Source: a virus
Length of the DNA: 64,000 bases
IMG/VR virus record: IMGVR_UViG_3300042894_003945
Location: 72,879-136,878 of that record
Strand: one strand, 5' to 3'
The translations under genes and the position numbers were made by a program. A model generated the notes under the pieces. The model searched no databases. It was not told the origin of the DNA and saw only the letters and a list, made by a program, of their open reading frames with translations. Every line of letters starts with the position of its first letter. Positions within the stretch are counted from its first letter, which is position 1. Below, in pieces: positions 1-9,494 of the stretch.

Positions 1-3000
1 ATTATCAGAAAACGCTTCTATTATTGGAAGCCCTGCTGCTGTATTTACTGAAAATAGTGACCCAGAAAGAGAATCATCTATTTGGAAAAGTCTTCCAGAA
101 ATACCATCTACTGCAAATACATTCGACCCAGTGCCTCTTATTGCTACAGACCCTGTAAATTGATGGATATCTGCTGCACTATCTCCAAAAATATTACTTC
201 CACTACTATAAATTATAGAGGAAGATACGGTCTGAACTACTAAGGTATTCGCTGTAATATTTCCCGTTGCTATTAAGCCACCATTAAGACTTAATGTAGA
301 ACCATCAAATGTTAAATTTGCTTCTGCGTTAGCAGTATTTGTAGTTCCTAAAGAAGTTAATATCCTATTATCTACAGGATTAGTTATAGTATTGAACCCA
401 GTTCCTGAAGTGCCAGAAGATCCACTTGTACCACTTGAACCAGACGTTCCTGTACTACCTGATGAACCAGAAGTTCCCGTAGATCCACTACTTCCACTTG
501 TACCAGTGCTTCCAGAACTGCCAGATGTGCCTGTACTTCCGCTAGAACCACTAGTACCAGTAGAACCTGATGAACCGCTTGTACCTGTGCTACCACTAGA
601 CCCACTAGTACCAGTAGATCCTGATGAACCGCTTGTGCCAGTTGAACCGCTAGTACCTGTAGATCCACTAGAACCAGAAGATCCAGATGTTCCTGTGCTA
701 CCAGACGTACCAGTTGAACCACTAGATCCTGTGCTGCCTGAAGAGCCTGATGACCCGCTAGTACCTGTAGATCCGCTTGTACCAGTACTACCACTAGACC
801 CTGAAGAGCCTCTACTACCTGAGGAACCGCTTGATCCTGATGTTCCAGAAGAACCTGATGATCCGCTAGTCCCATTTGCTCCACTTGTACCACTAGACCC
901 TGAAGTTCCTGATGAACCTGATGAGCCAGATGTACCTGTGCTACCTGATGAGCCAGAAGAACCCGAACTACCACTAGTGCCAGTCGATCCGCTAGTACCA
1001 CTACTACCGCTTGATCCTGATGTGCCTGATGATCCAGATGTACCTGAAGAACCTGTTGAACCAGACGTACCAGTACTACCGCTAGTACCAGTAGATCCAG
1101 ATGATCCACTACTACCGCTTGTACCAGTTGAACCAGATGTGCCTGTTGATCCGCTTGATCCACTCGATCCTGTACTACCTGAAGAACCTGATGATCCTCT
1201 ACTACCAGAAGATCCTGAAGAACCACTTGTACCTGAAGAGCCTGATGTGCCTGTGGAACCACTAGATCCAGATGAACCAGATGAACCGTTTGCTCCAGAT
1301 GAACCAGAAGAACCACTTGTACCAGTAGAACCTGATGAACCAGTAGAACCTGATGATCCCGTGCTGCCGGAACTACCTGATGATCCCGTGCTGCCGGAAC
1401 TACCAGAAGATCCCGTTGAGCCAGAAGATCCAGATGTGCCAGTTGATCCAGATGAACCAGAAGTGCCTGTGGAACCACTAGATCCAGAAGTTCCAGTGCT
1501 TCCACTACTTCCAGAGCTTCCTGATGATCCAGAAGTACCAGAGGAACCGTCAGCTCCATTAGCCCTATAAAATACATTACCCGCCTGATCTACTACTAAA
1601 AACAGATTTGCGCTAGCACTTATTGGTATATTTCTTAAGCTTAAAGAGCCTGTAATTCTAACGCTACCTGTAAACGTGTGGGTATCTAGAATGCTATCTC
1701 CAAATATGTTACTGCCACTGCTATAAACTACTGATGAGCTTACAGTCTGGACAACTAAAGTTCTTGCAGTTATATCCCCAGTAGCTGTTAAATTACCAGT
1801 TAAATTTAATGTAGAGCCATCAAAAGTTAAATTTGCCTCTGCATTTGCAGTATTAGTTGTACCAAGAGAAGTTAATATTCTATTGTCTGCTGGATTCGTT
1901 ATTGTATTAAATCCGGTTCCTGAAGTTCCTGATGAGCCCGAACTACCTGACGATCCACTAGTACCGGTGCTTCCGCTAGATCCACTAGTACCAGTAGAAC
2001 CTGATGAGCCAGAGGATCCTGTAGAGCCTGAACTACCCGATGTTCCAGTACTTCCACTAGATCCACTAGTTCCAGTTGATCCTGATGATCCACTAGATCC
2101 AGAAGTTCCAGATGAACCAGAAGATCCAGAAGTTCCACCAGACCCACTACTTCCAGATGTGCCAGTACTACCAGATGTTCCTGTAGAACCTGATGAGCCA
2201 GATGTTCCTGAAGTGCCACTTGAACCTGAGGAACCTGAAGTTCCTGCGGATCCAGATGTACCTGAAGTTCCTGTACTTCCGCTAGACCCGCTTGTACCTG
2301 TTGATCCTGATGAGCCACTAGAACCGGATGTACCAGCAGATCCGGAAGATCCTGTTGATCCAGATGACCCGCTTGTACCTGTTGAGCCGGAAGATCCTGC
2401 TGTACCAGTAGAACCACTAGAACCAGACGTTCCTGTACTTCCACTAGAACCTGAAGTACCTGTTGAACCAGAGCTTCCCGATGTTCCTGTTGAACCACTA
2501 GACCCAGAACTGCCTGAAGAACCGCTGGTTCCGCTAGTTCCTGAAGTACTTCCTACAGCTACTCCAACTTGTTTAGCATTTATTATAAGTGACGGTGCTA
2601 AAGGAATTAGAGGGCTAGTTTGGGCCCCAAGGGTAGTAACTTGTACATGATCACTTGGTGCAGAAAATACAAATTCTACATACTCATTAGCAACGCTAGA
2701 GGTTACTATATAGGACACGTAAGGAAGCTGGTAAGAGCTATTGGCTACTAATGATATGGTAGAGTTGCTACCAGACACATTAATTCCATTTTGTCTCATC
2801 CATATGCTAACATCTACTTGAGAACCTCCCTGAGTTTTTTGTATTTGCCCAGAATAAGCTACTTCGTATATTCCTGGATAAGCAAATGTAATTCTTGAGC
2901 CTCCTTGTACAGTAATACCATAAGAATATACTGTATTATTGTATGTCCATACTGTAGGAGTGTTAGATGCGCTAACATTCTGAGTAGTAGTATCTATAAA

Positions 3001-5088
3001 ACTTCCTACCCAGTTTGCTATACCGGCCCCACTAGATCCAGGAGCTCCATTTATTCCAGAGGTACCTGATGATCCACTTGAACCAGATGACCCTGAACTG
3101 CCACTAGTACCAGAAGTACCTGTTGAGCCAGAAGAGCCGCTTGAGCCTGAAGATCCTGATGAACCTGTGCTACCGCTAGATCCACTTGTGCCTGTAGATC
3201 CAGAACTACCGCTTGTACCTGTACTGCCACTTGATCCACTTGTACCAGTTGATCCTGATGAACCAGTAGAACCACTAGATCCAGTTGAACCAGAGCTACC
3301 AGAGGTGCCTGTGGAACCGCTAGTCCCAGATGTACCTGAAGATCCAGAGCTGCCAGAAGATCCTGATGTGCCACTTGACCCTGTAGATCCACTGCTACCT
3401 GAAGAACCTGTTGAACCAGACGTACCAGTACTACCAGATGTGCCAGTAGACCCTGATGAACCACTAGATCCAGTTGAGCCACTAGATCCGCTTGTACCTG
3501 TGCTACCACTAGATCCACTTGTTCCAGTACTACCAGAGGAGCCAGAGCTACCGGAACTTCCGCTTGATCCTGAAGAACCTGTTGAACCGCTAGACCCTGT
3601 TGATCCTGATGATCCACTTGAACCAGATGAACCAGAGCTACCAGATGTACCACTAGTTCCAGAGGTAGCAGTTGTAAATGAAGTACCGTTTATTATTAAA
3701 GATCCAGATATATTTACACTACCTGTAAACTCGTGAGTATTCTCTACAACCGTACCAAAATGTGTTGATCCAGTTACAAACTCTACACTAGAAGTAATAG
3801 TCTGTACTACTATTGTTTGAGCAGTCAAAGTTCCTCTAACTATAAAGTTATCGGCAGATGATGCTGTTAATGCTAAAGATGCAGTTTGTATACTATCAAA
3901 CCCATAAGGACCATACACATTTGACGAACTTACAAAAGAAGCAGTAGCTACTACGGAAGGAACTAATGCTGAAGAAGCTGTGTAATATAGCTGTCCTGTT
4001 GAACTGTCAACTAATACTACATTATTCTGTGGAGATTGTGTCAGTCCTGGGAAAAAGACAGAAGTTGACGATCTTAAACTTCCAGAAATAGTTGCAGATC
4101 CTGATACATTTAACAGGCCAGACAAATAATTTGATACTCCGTAGTAATTTTTAACTTTAGCAGTTGGATCTCCAATATTATATAATGCATCTCCTATAGG
4201 TAAAAAATGTCCAGTTCCTAAAGCATTATATGTGCCCGAAATTAACCATCTATTAGCACTGCTTGTACCAAGATGTATCTGCCCTCCTGGGCCAAATGCA
4301 CTTAAAGTCAAATCTCTACTGCCACCACCATCGCCTGATGCTTGTATAACAGTTGAGTAAGGGCTTCCTCCAGCAAAAACTGATAATTTTTGATATCCAG
4401 CGTCCCCCGGATTATTTACAACAAATATATCTATGTTTCCATTTCCGCTTGCAGGGTTTTTTAAATTTTGAACATGTAGAGTTGTTAACCTTGATGAGCC
4501 AGTTGCATCTATAGTGTAATTTGAACTAGAGCCTGATATTACAAGGCTGCCTGTTATTTTAAATATACCACTTGATGTATCGTAAAAAAGATTTGCGGAA
4601 GCTATAGCTCTATTAGTACTTCCATCCGATAATAAAACTCTCCCTTGTAGTGGGTTTATTACTGTTTCAAATCCTGTGCCTGATGTACCACTAGTTCCAG
4701 AAGAACCTGCTGTGCCTGATGTACCGCTAGATCCGTTAGCTCCAGAAGATCCTACGCCTCCTGATAAAGTGTATTGAAATTGTCCTGTTGTCGGATTTAC
4801 TACGACAAAATAGGAAGCACTTGAAGTAAGAGGGAGGTAGTTATTATAAATAGCCCCTGATACGTTTAGAGATCCTGTAATAGTTTGATCTCCCCTAAAA
4901 ATATTAGATCCAGTAGTAGCTAAAGATGCAGATTTAGAAGAAAATATAGGATCATTTTCTGGGAAAGAACCTGAAAACGAACCAGTAAAAGATCCTGAAA
5001 TAGACCCTGCAATTATAGTATCGTATACCGTTATTGTATTAAATGTAGCATTCGAACCTTCCCTAGGTATCTGGATCCATGTCGCCAT
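1..5088 (-). CDS. Giant tail-fibre/virion protein with Gly-(Ser/Thr)-(Ser/Thr) collagen-like tracts; 3' end runs off the window (>1,690 aa)
   Basis: Absent from the ORF track because it has no stop in the window. Manual translation from ATG 5088 gives MATWIQIPREGSNATF. The same frame reads (GSS/GTS/GST)n in all repeat blocks and ...GRLFQIDDSLSGSLFSVNTAAGLPIIEAFSDN at base 1. ATATTTAT motif upstream at 5126-5133. Confidence 0.85.
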   Translation of the reverse strand, partial: MATWIQIPREGSNATFNTITVYDTIIAGSISGSFTGSFSGSFPENDPIFSSKSASLATTGSNIFRGDQTITGSLNVSGAIYNNYLPLTSSASYFVVVNPTTGQFQYTLSGGVGSSGANGSSGTSGTAGSSGTSGTSGTGFETVINPLQGRVLLSDGSTNRAIASANLFYDTSSGIFKITGSLVISGSSSNYTIDATGSSRLTTLHVQNLKNPASGNGNIDIFVVNNPGDAGYQKLSVFAGGSPYSTVIQASGDGGGSRDLTLSAFGPGGQIHLGTSSANRWLISGTYNALGTGHFLPIGDALYNIGDPTAKVKNYYGVSNYLSGLLNVSGSATISGSLRSSTSVFFPGLTQSPQNNVVLVDSSTGQLYYTASSALVPSVVATASFVSSSNVYGPYGFDSIQTASLALTASSADNFIVRGTLTAQTIVVQTITSSVEFVTGSTHFGTVVENTHEFTGSVNISGSLIINGTSFTTATSGTSGTSGSSGSSGSSGSSGSTGSSGSTGSSGSSGSSGSSGSSGSTGTSGSSGSTGTSGSSGSTGSSGSSGSTGTSGSTGTSGSTGSSGSSGSTGSSGTSGSSGSSGSSGTSGTSGSTGTSGSSGSTGSSGSTGSSGSTGTSGSSGSTGTSGSSGSTGTSGSSGSTGSSGSSGSSGSSGSTGTSGTSGSSGSSGSSGSSGTSGINGAPGSSGAGIANWVGSFIDTTTQNVSASNTPTVWTYNNTVYSYGITVQGGSRITFAYPGIYEVAYSGQIQKTQGGSQVDVSIWMRQNGINVSGSNSTISLVANSSYQLPYVSYIVTSSVANEYVEFVFSAPSDHVQVTTLGAQTSPLIPLAPSLIINAKQVGVAVGSTSGTSGTSGSSGSSGSSGSTGTSGSSGSTGTSGSSGSTGTSGSSGSTGTAGSSGSTGTSGSSGSTGSSGSAGTSGSSGSSGSTGTSGSSGSTGTSGTSGSAGTSGSSGSSGTSGTSGSSGSTGTSGSTGTSGSSGSGGTSGSSGSSGTSGSSGSSGSTGTSGSSGSTGTSGSSGSTGSSGSSGSTGTSGSSGSTGTSGSSGSSGSSGTSGTGFNTITNPADNRILTSLGTTNTANAEANLTFDGSTLNLTGNLTATGDITARTLVVQTVSSSVVYSSGSNIFGDSILDTHTFTGSVRITGSLSLRNIPISASANLFLVVDQAGNVFYRANGADGSSGTSGSSGSSGSSGSTGTSGSSGSTGTSGSSGSTGTSGSSGSTGSSGSSGSTGSSGSSGSTGSSGSTGSSGSTGTSGSSGSSGANGSSGSSGSSGSTGTSGSSGTSGSSGSSGSRGSSGSSGSTGSSGSSGSTGTSGSTGTSGSSGSSGSTGTSGSTGTSGSTGSSGTSGSSGTSGSSGSSGTSGSTGTSGSSGSSGSSGSTGTSGSSGSSGTSGSSGTSGANGTSGSSGSSGTSGSSGSSGSRGSSGSSGSTGTSGSTGTSGSSGSSGSTGSSGSTGTSGSTGTSGSSGSSGSTGTSGSTGTSGSSGSTGTSGSSGSTGTSGSSGSTGTSGSSGSTGTSGSSGSTGTSGSSGSTGTSGSSGSTGTSGSSGTSGSSGTSGTGFNTITNPVDNRILTSLGTTNTANAEANLTFDGSTLSLNGGLIATGNITANTLVVQTVSSSIIYSSGSNIFGDSAADIHQFTGSVAIRGTGSNVFAVDGISGRLFQIDDSLSGSLFSVNTAAGLPIIEAFSDN
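403..1557 (-). repeat. Gly-X-Y (GSS/GTS/GST) coding repeat, roughly 128 triplets
   Basis: 9-bp periodicity with degenerate synonymous codons; includes a 27-bp exact tandem duplication at about 1349-1404. Confidence 0.9.
1918..2547 (-). repeat. Gly-X-Y (GSS/GTS/GST) coding repeat, roughly 70 triplets
   Basis: Same frame and periodicity as 403-1557. Confidence 0.9.
3057..3665 (-). repeat. Gly-X-Y (GSS/GTS/GST) coding repeat, roughly 68 triplets
   Basis: Same frame and periodicity; a short fourth block lies at about 4678-4760. Confidence 0.9.
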
Positions 5089-5142
5089 CTAAGCTTTTGA
5101 TTTTTATTATAAACTACCGTTAAATATAAATATCAACAAGCC

Positions 5143-5394
5143 TTAAAAAGACTCATCTCCCAGATCTACTGTTGCATTACTTCCTGTGTCTGCGAAAGTT
5201 CCTAGACCCTGTATAAATACAGATCCGCTGTATCCTGCTGTAGACGCAACCACATGTTGAGAGCCGCTTACTACTATGGCAGGTATAGAAGAGGTCTGGA
5301 CAAATGTTGTTTGTCCAAAAACTGTCAATGATCCTGTCAATACAAAATTTCCTGATAGTTCTTTACTTATTTGCTTAGATCTAATTAATGCCAT
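5143..5394 (-). CDS. Small putative virion protein (SGS/TGS-rich)
   Basis: Start moved to ATG 5394 (MALIRSKQI), just after the upstream stop; LTGSL, VSGSQ and YSGSV motifs resemble the fibre protein. Confidence 0.6.
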   Translation of the reverse strand: MALIRSKQISKELSGNFVLTGSLTVFGQTTFVQTSSIPAIVVSGSQHVVASTAGYSGSVFIQGLGTFADTGSNATVDLGDESF

Positions 5395-5395
5395 T

Positions 5396-6649
5396 TTATA
5401 CAAATTTACCTACAGCTATTATCTCATCTTGAGTATCTAAAACATACCCTAAAGTACCTGTATCTATAGTCAAAACGGTATTAAGTCCTGACTCTACAAA
5501 AGAAATTATATGAGTTGAATCAACATATACTCCATTTACAAAAAACTTAAAATCAGAAACAGATGTAGCCGGTAAACCTGATCCTATTGGAGGCTGTTTA
5601 AAGGCTGTGTTTAAGAATGTAGCTGTGCTAGTTGTTGTAGAAGCTGCATCTGCTTTCTTTGTTTCTGATGTATTTAAATACAATAATATATCGGTAGTTG
5701 TTGTTGTGTTTGTTATATTAGTCACGTTTACTCCTTCAGGTATATAAGATGTCAATGCTTTCTTAGGCTTATTAGGCGCTTTAAACGTAACATTTTCTAC
5801 ATCTTGACTAGATGCTTCCATAGTGAATAAAACTTGCGCTTTAGACCTATATTTAAGCGCATTTGCAGCCAAGTGCTTTCCAATATTACTAGGAGTTAAG
5901 TATCCATTCATTGTTAGAGTGAACGTACTTACAAATCTTCTGTCAGACCCATCTGTAATTTCGTTAGTTATAGGAAAACTATCTACTCTAGCTTTAAAAA
6001 GAAATTTACCAGGCTCTCCCCAATAAGAATCAGCTCTAAAACTTATATCTTCAATTACTTTATTTATATCTTCGTAAAAAGAAGTGTAGATAGTACACGT
6101 GTAGGTCAAGGTATAGTAGTCAGGAACCACTACATTATAAAATTCTTTTACAGGAACTCTATTTGTAAGCACTGCAAAGTTATCATATTGGTTTTTTGTG
6201 GTATATTTTTTTTCATAAGTTTGAAATATATTTACAGTATTTCCGTCTAACTTATGACTTAAGTTTCTATTTCTCTCTAAATTATCTCTTCTTATAGTAA
6301 TAATAGGCAGCATTATTCTACCTTCCTTATCTCTATAAACCCCATCTTTTTGTGCTGTTTTCCATCTTTCGGCATCAGCAAATATTACAGGGATGTTTTG
6401 TTTTGTCCCTTCATTTATAACATACGGTCTAATAACTTCCTGATAATAATACAATATAGCACTATCTATGTCTTCTAAACCTACAGATACATCTTTAAAT
6501 TCTTCTCCCCTCATTGACACATCTTCCCCTCTTTTATACTCATGTATAGGAGGTTTTTGGACGTTGTCGTAGTTGGGAGTTATTAGACTGTTTAAAATCT
6601 CTGCCTCAGTCTTAGGTACATTTTTTATGACTCTTTTTTGTAAAGGCAT
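5396..6649 (-). CDS. Tail completion/terminator protein (T4 gp15-like) with C-terminal extension
   Basis: IPVIF...ERW, LPIITIRR and PDY.TLTY motifs; follows the gp13/gp14-like genes. Confidence 0.65.
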   Translation of the reverse strand: MPLQKRVIKNVPKTEAEILNSLITPNYDNVQKPPIHEYKRGEDVSMRGEEFKDVSVGLEDIDSAILYYYQEVIRPYVINEGTKQNIPVIFADAERWKTAQKDGVYRDKEGRIMLPIITIRRDNLERNRNLSHKLDGNTVNIFQTYEKKYTTKNQYDNFAVLTNRVPVKEFYNVVVPDYYTLTYTCTIYTSFYEDINKVIEDISFRADSYWGEPGKFLFKARVDSFPITNEITDGSDRRFVSTFTLTMNGYLTPSNIGKHLAANALKYRSKAQVLFTMEASSQDVENVTFKAPNKPKKALTSYIPEGVNVTNITNTTTTTDILLYLNTSETKKADAASTTTSTATFLNTAFKQPPIGSGLPATSVSDFKFFVNGVYVDSTHIISFVESGLNTVLTIDTGTLGYVLDTQDEIIAVGKFV

Positions 6650-6650
6650 A

Positions 6651-7139
6651 TTATGTAGATTTTATAATATTTAACTTATTTACACCAGTAAGATGCGTCT
6701 TACATTTTATAGACCAAGACTCACCATACTTTTCTAAATCAGATTCAAGAGAGTATTCAGGATTTTTACCCATTACAAATTGATTTTCTATTACTAGATC
6801 AACTTCATAATAAGCCTCTTTCAAATATATTATATCCCCTACTTCCATAATTAAATTTATATCTATAAGATCCTCTCTCAAAAATCTAAATTCTGCCATT
6901 TGTCCTATTGACTTTCCGAAAGATTGGTCCTCTGATACCTGATCATCTATTGCGTAAAAACAAGCTATTAATATAGGCTGATCATACATTTTATTTTTAG
7001 ACTCTCCGTATATGTTGTATTTAGTTTCTGATAAAGACAGTTTATAATACAGTATTTCCTCAGCGACTATTCTATTTACTACTTGTCTGCTGTGGTGTCT
7101 AAAAAATGATCTTGCTCTCGGTCCTCCGTAAAGTGCCAT
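6651..7139 (-). CDS. Head closure/neck protein (gp14-like)
   Basis: NIYGES...Y and EVGDII.....YYEV motifs; synteny with the neck gene. Confidence 0.65.
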   Translation of the reverse strand: MALYGGPRARSFFRHHSRQVVNRIVAEEILYYKLSLSETKYNIYGESKNKMYDQPILIACFYAIDDQVSEDQSFGKSIGQMAEFRFLREDLIDINLIMEVGDIIYLKEAYYEVDLVIENQFVMGKNPEYSLESDLEKYGESWSIKCKTHLTGVNKLNIIKST

Positions 7140-7534
7140 TAATCAGTTTTTACAAGGGTGTCTAATTTGGGAGATGCCGCAACTATGCCTGGAATATTAT
7201 TTAGACCTTTTTCTTTATCAGACCTTACCATAGCATGCTTTATAAAATTTACATGCTTTCTAGGATCTTTATTAGTTATAAATTTAACTTCTACAGTACT
7301 GTATTCGTAGTCCTTTAGAGTTCTGTTTATTTTATCCAGTCTTTCGTCTCCTCTCAAATCTACAATAGTTACTGTAGGAATGCCTCTAACTCTTTCAACC
7401 GCCTGTACTCTATTTATTTTTCTTTTAAATTTTACAAGAAAAACACAAGAGTAGCTATGAAATATTTTTTTTATAGACTCTTTTCTCTTAAATCTATAGT
7501 CACGATCTTCTAATATGATATCAATTAGTTTCAC
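7139..7534 (-). CDS. Hypothetical protein with capsid-targeting-like leader
   Basis: Starts MKLIDIILED; stop and start abut both neighbours. Confidence 0.6.
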   Translation of the reverse strand: MKLIDIILEDRDYRFKRKESIKKIFHSYSCVFLVKFKRKINRVQAVERVRGIPTVTIVDLRGDERLDKINRTLKDYEYSTVEVKFITNKDPRKHVNFIKHAMVRSDKEKGLNNIPGIVAASPKLDTLVKTD

Positions 7535-8700
7535 TATGCTATTATTATTGGCATTGGGAAATTTATAAAAGTCTCTCTCATCGTACTAGCTTCTTGAGAT
7601 TTTTTCTCAAGTTGTTTTTGACGAGATGTGTCATCTAGTGTCCCTCTTAATTGTTCTACCAAAGCAGTTTTTTCTGCGTTTGCTTGATCAATTAATGTTT
7701 GTCCATTAATAGTAACTTCTGCTCCTGGAACAGGTATCTGGCTGTATACGCCTCGTATATTACCTAATGTTTCTTTTGTTACAGCTAGAGCATAATCAAA
7801 TATCCATTTTTTAAATATGTCGTTTATTTGATTATAATTAATGTTATTATAAGGAACGTTACTTACGTTTGTTATCAATCCATTAGAAGGGTTTCTGTAT
7901 ACAGCACTCCTTTCTGATTTTTTAATGTATGTAAAAAACAATCTTTTATCAAAAGTAGGTATTGGGAATATTTTAAGCCTGTTATTTATAAGCTCAAAAC
8001 TATAACCAGACTTTCTTATCTGATCATTAAACTCAATTGCTTGTATCTTTAAAACATCAAAGTATACAGGCATCAACATAAAGTTAATTCCAGGAGAAAA
8101 TTGTCCAAATCCAAATGTCTCCATTAATGATTGAAGTCCTGTACCAGTTCCAGCATATGGATCAAAGTATCTTACTATCGCTGGAGGTGCTTCATAGAAT
8201 ATTCTTTTAATTTCTATGCTATCTCCAGGAGCTAATGATGCAGAAGCGCTAGCCCATGCGTTTAGATCGTAATGTTGTTTACCAGATATTAGGTCTATAG
8301 ACCCAGAGTAGTAGTTTATATTACCTCCACTAGCAACTTCGCTACCATAATCAGCAGCTATTCTAAACATGTTATCAAAATTCGGTTGAATTAGAGTCGT
8401 GTTTAGTGCGCTACCTGTTGTATTTCCTTCTAGAGATAGGTAGTTCTCCCTTATTTTATACTCATATAGCTCCTTTCCATAAACAGCTACAGCATCTTCT
8501 AAAGAAGCATAGAAATTGATGTCTTGAAGTTCAATTTCCATAATTGGATAGCCTAATCTTCTAGCAGCAAACTTTACAAATTTTTGACCATCTACCTGAA
8601 ATTCAGAATCGTTGTCAAAAAATCCAAAAGGTGTGTTTCCTGATACCGGAAGTAATGCTACATTAGCATCATAATATTGTATTTCTACTTGGCCAGCCAT
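7534..8700 (-). CDS. Neck/head-tail adaptor protein (gp13-like)
   Basis: RLGYPIMEIEL at the N-terminus; W..Y.LA..KE.LG..RG...IP.PG.EVT.NG..L at the C-terminus. Confidence 0.8.
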   Translation of the reverse strand: MAGQVEIQYYDANVALLPVSGNTPFGFFDNDSEFQVDGQKFVKFAARRLGYPIMEIELQDINFYASLEDAVAVYGKELYEYKIRENYLSLEGNTTGSALNTTLIQPNFDNMFRIAADYGSEVASGGNINYYSGSIDLISGKQHYDLNAWASASASLAPGDSIEIKRIFYEAPPAIVRYFDPYAGTGTGLQSLMETFGFGQFSPGINFMLMPVYFDVLKIQAIEFNDQIRKSGYSFELINNRLKIFPIPTFDKRLFFTYIKKSERSAVYRNPSNGLITNVSNVPYNNINYNQINDIFKKWIFDYALAVTKETLGNIRGVYSQIPVPGAEVTINGQTLIDQANAEKTALVEQLRGTLDDTSRQKQLEKKSQEASTMRETFINFPMPIIIA

Positions 8701-8727
8701 TATAATTCTTTATAAATATAAATATTA

Positions 8728-9417
8728 CTAACTCCTGTATTGTTCAAATACAGAAAGCATAGGATCAACTATAGGATGTCTATGATTAGTTTGTAAGGTT
8801 ATAATACTAAATCCCGGTATGTCTTTCATATGTTTACAAACAAAATCAAACCCTGAATCTTTTTTATTTCTTAAATCTATCTGGGCTGAGTCTCCACATA
8901 TGATTATTTTAGAACCTAAACACAGTCTTCCCATTATTAATTCTAACTGATTTTCAGAACAGTTTTGTGCTTCGTCTATTATAACTATGCAGTTAGTAAA
9001 ATTAAATCCTCTTAAAAATCCTACCGGGATTATTTCTATGAGTCCTTCTGTAACTATCTTTTCTATTTTTTCTTTACCGCATAATCTAAACATGTTGTCG
9101 TAAACAGGTGCAGTAAAGGGCGCCATTTTTTCTTCTTTGGTACCAGGTAGAAATCCTATCTGTTCTCCCGCTGTTATGGCTGGTCTTGCTATTATAATCT
9201 TCTCTACATCTTTTTTAAACAGCATATCTAAGGCTACTTGTGCAGCTAATAACGACTTACCGCTACCTGCTTTACCTCTTATTACTGCTATATCACTGTT
9301 TATTATTTTATCTTTGGCATTCTTTTGTTCCTCGTTTAAAGATATATTAAACTTTATAGGATTCTTTGGAACTCTCTTTGACTTAAAAACCTGATCGCTG
9401 TGATGATTAGATGACAT
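8728..9417 (-). CDS. phoH: PhoH family ATPase
   Basis: GKAGSGKS P-loop, IGFLPG, FLRG, IIDEAQN, GD..QIDL, RHPIV. Confidence 0.95.
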   Translation of the reverse strand: MSSNHHSDQVFKSKRVPKNPIKFNISLNEEQKNAKDKIINSDIAVIRGKAGSGKSLLAAQVALDMLFKKDVEKIIIARPAITAGEQIGFLPGTKEEKMAPFTAPVYDNMFRLCGKEKIEKIVTEGLIEIIPVGFLRGFNFTNCIVIIDEAQNCSENQLELIMGRLCLGSKIIICGDSAQIDLRNKKDSGFDFVCKHMKDIPGFSIITLQTNHRHPIVDPMLSVFEQYRS

Positions 9418-9449
9418 AAACGCTTTTATATAAATATTTTAAAGTAAAT

Positions 9450-9475
9450 AAAAAAGCCGGGACGAACCCGGCTTT
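9450..9475 (-). terminator. Rho-independent terminator after the major capsid gene
   Basis: Minus strand reads AAAGCCGGG-TTCGT-CCCGGCTTTTTT. Confidence 0.85.
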
Positions 9476-9494
9476 CTTAATATTTAGATTCTCA

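Noticed and set aside
384-3736. Six long ORF-track entries (PVPE/DP-rich on plus, LVxQ-rich on minus)
   Set aside because: They are shadow frames of the GSS/GTS repeat. They begin and end at the repeat edges, whereas the Gly-X-Y frame continues through unique sequence.
5050-5058. GGTTCGAA T-loop-like sequence on the minus strand
   Set aside because: It lies inside the fibre CDS with no cloverleaf; no tRNA was recognised anywhere in the window.
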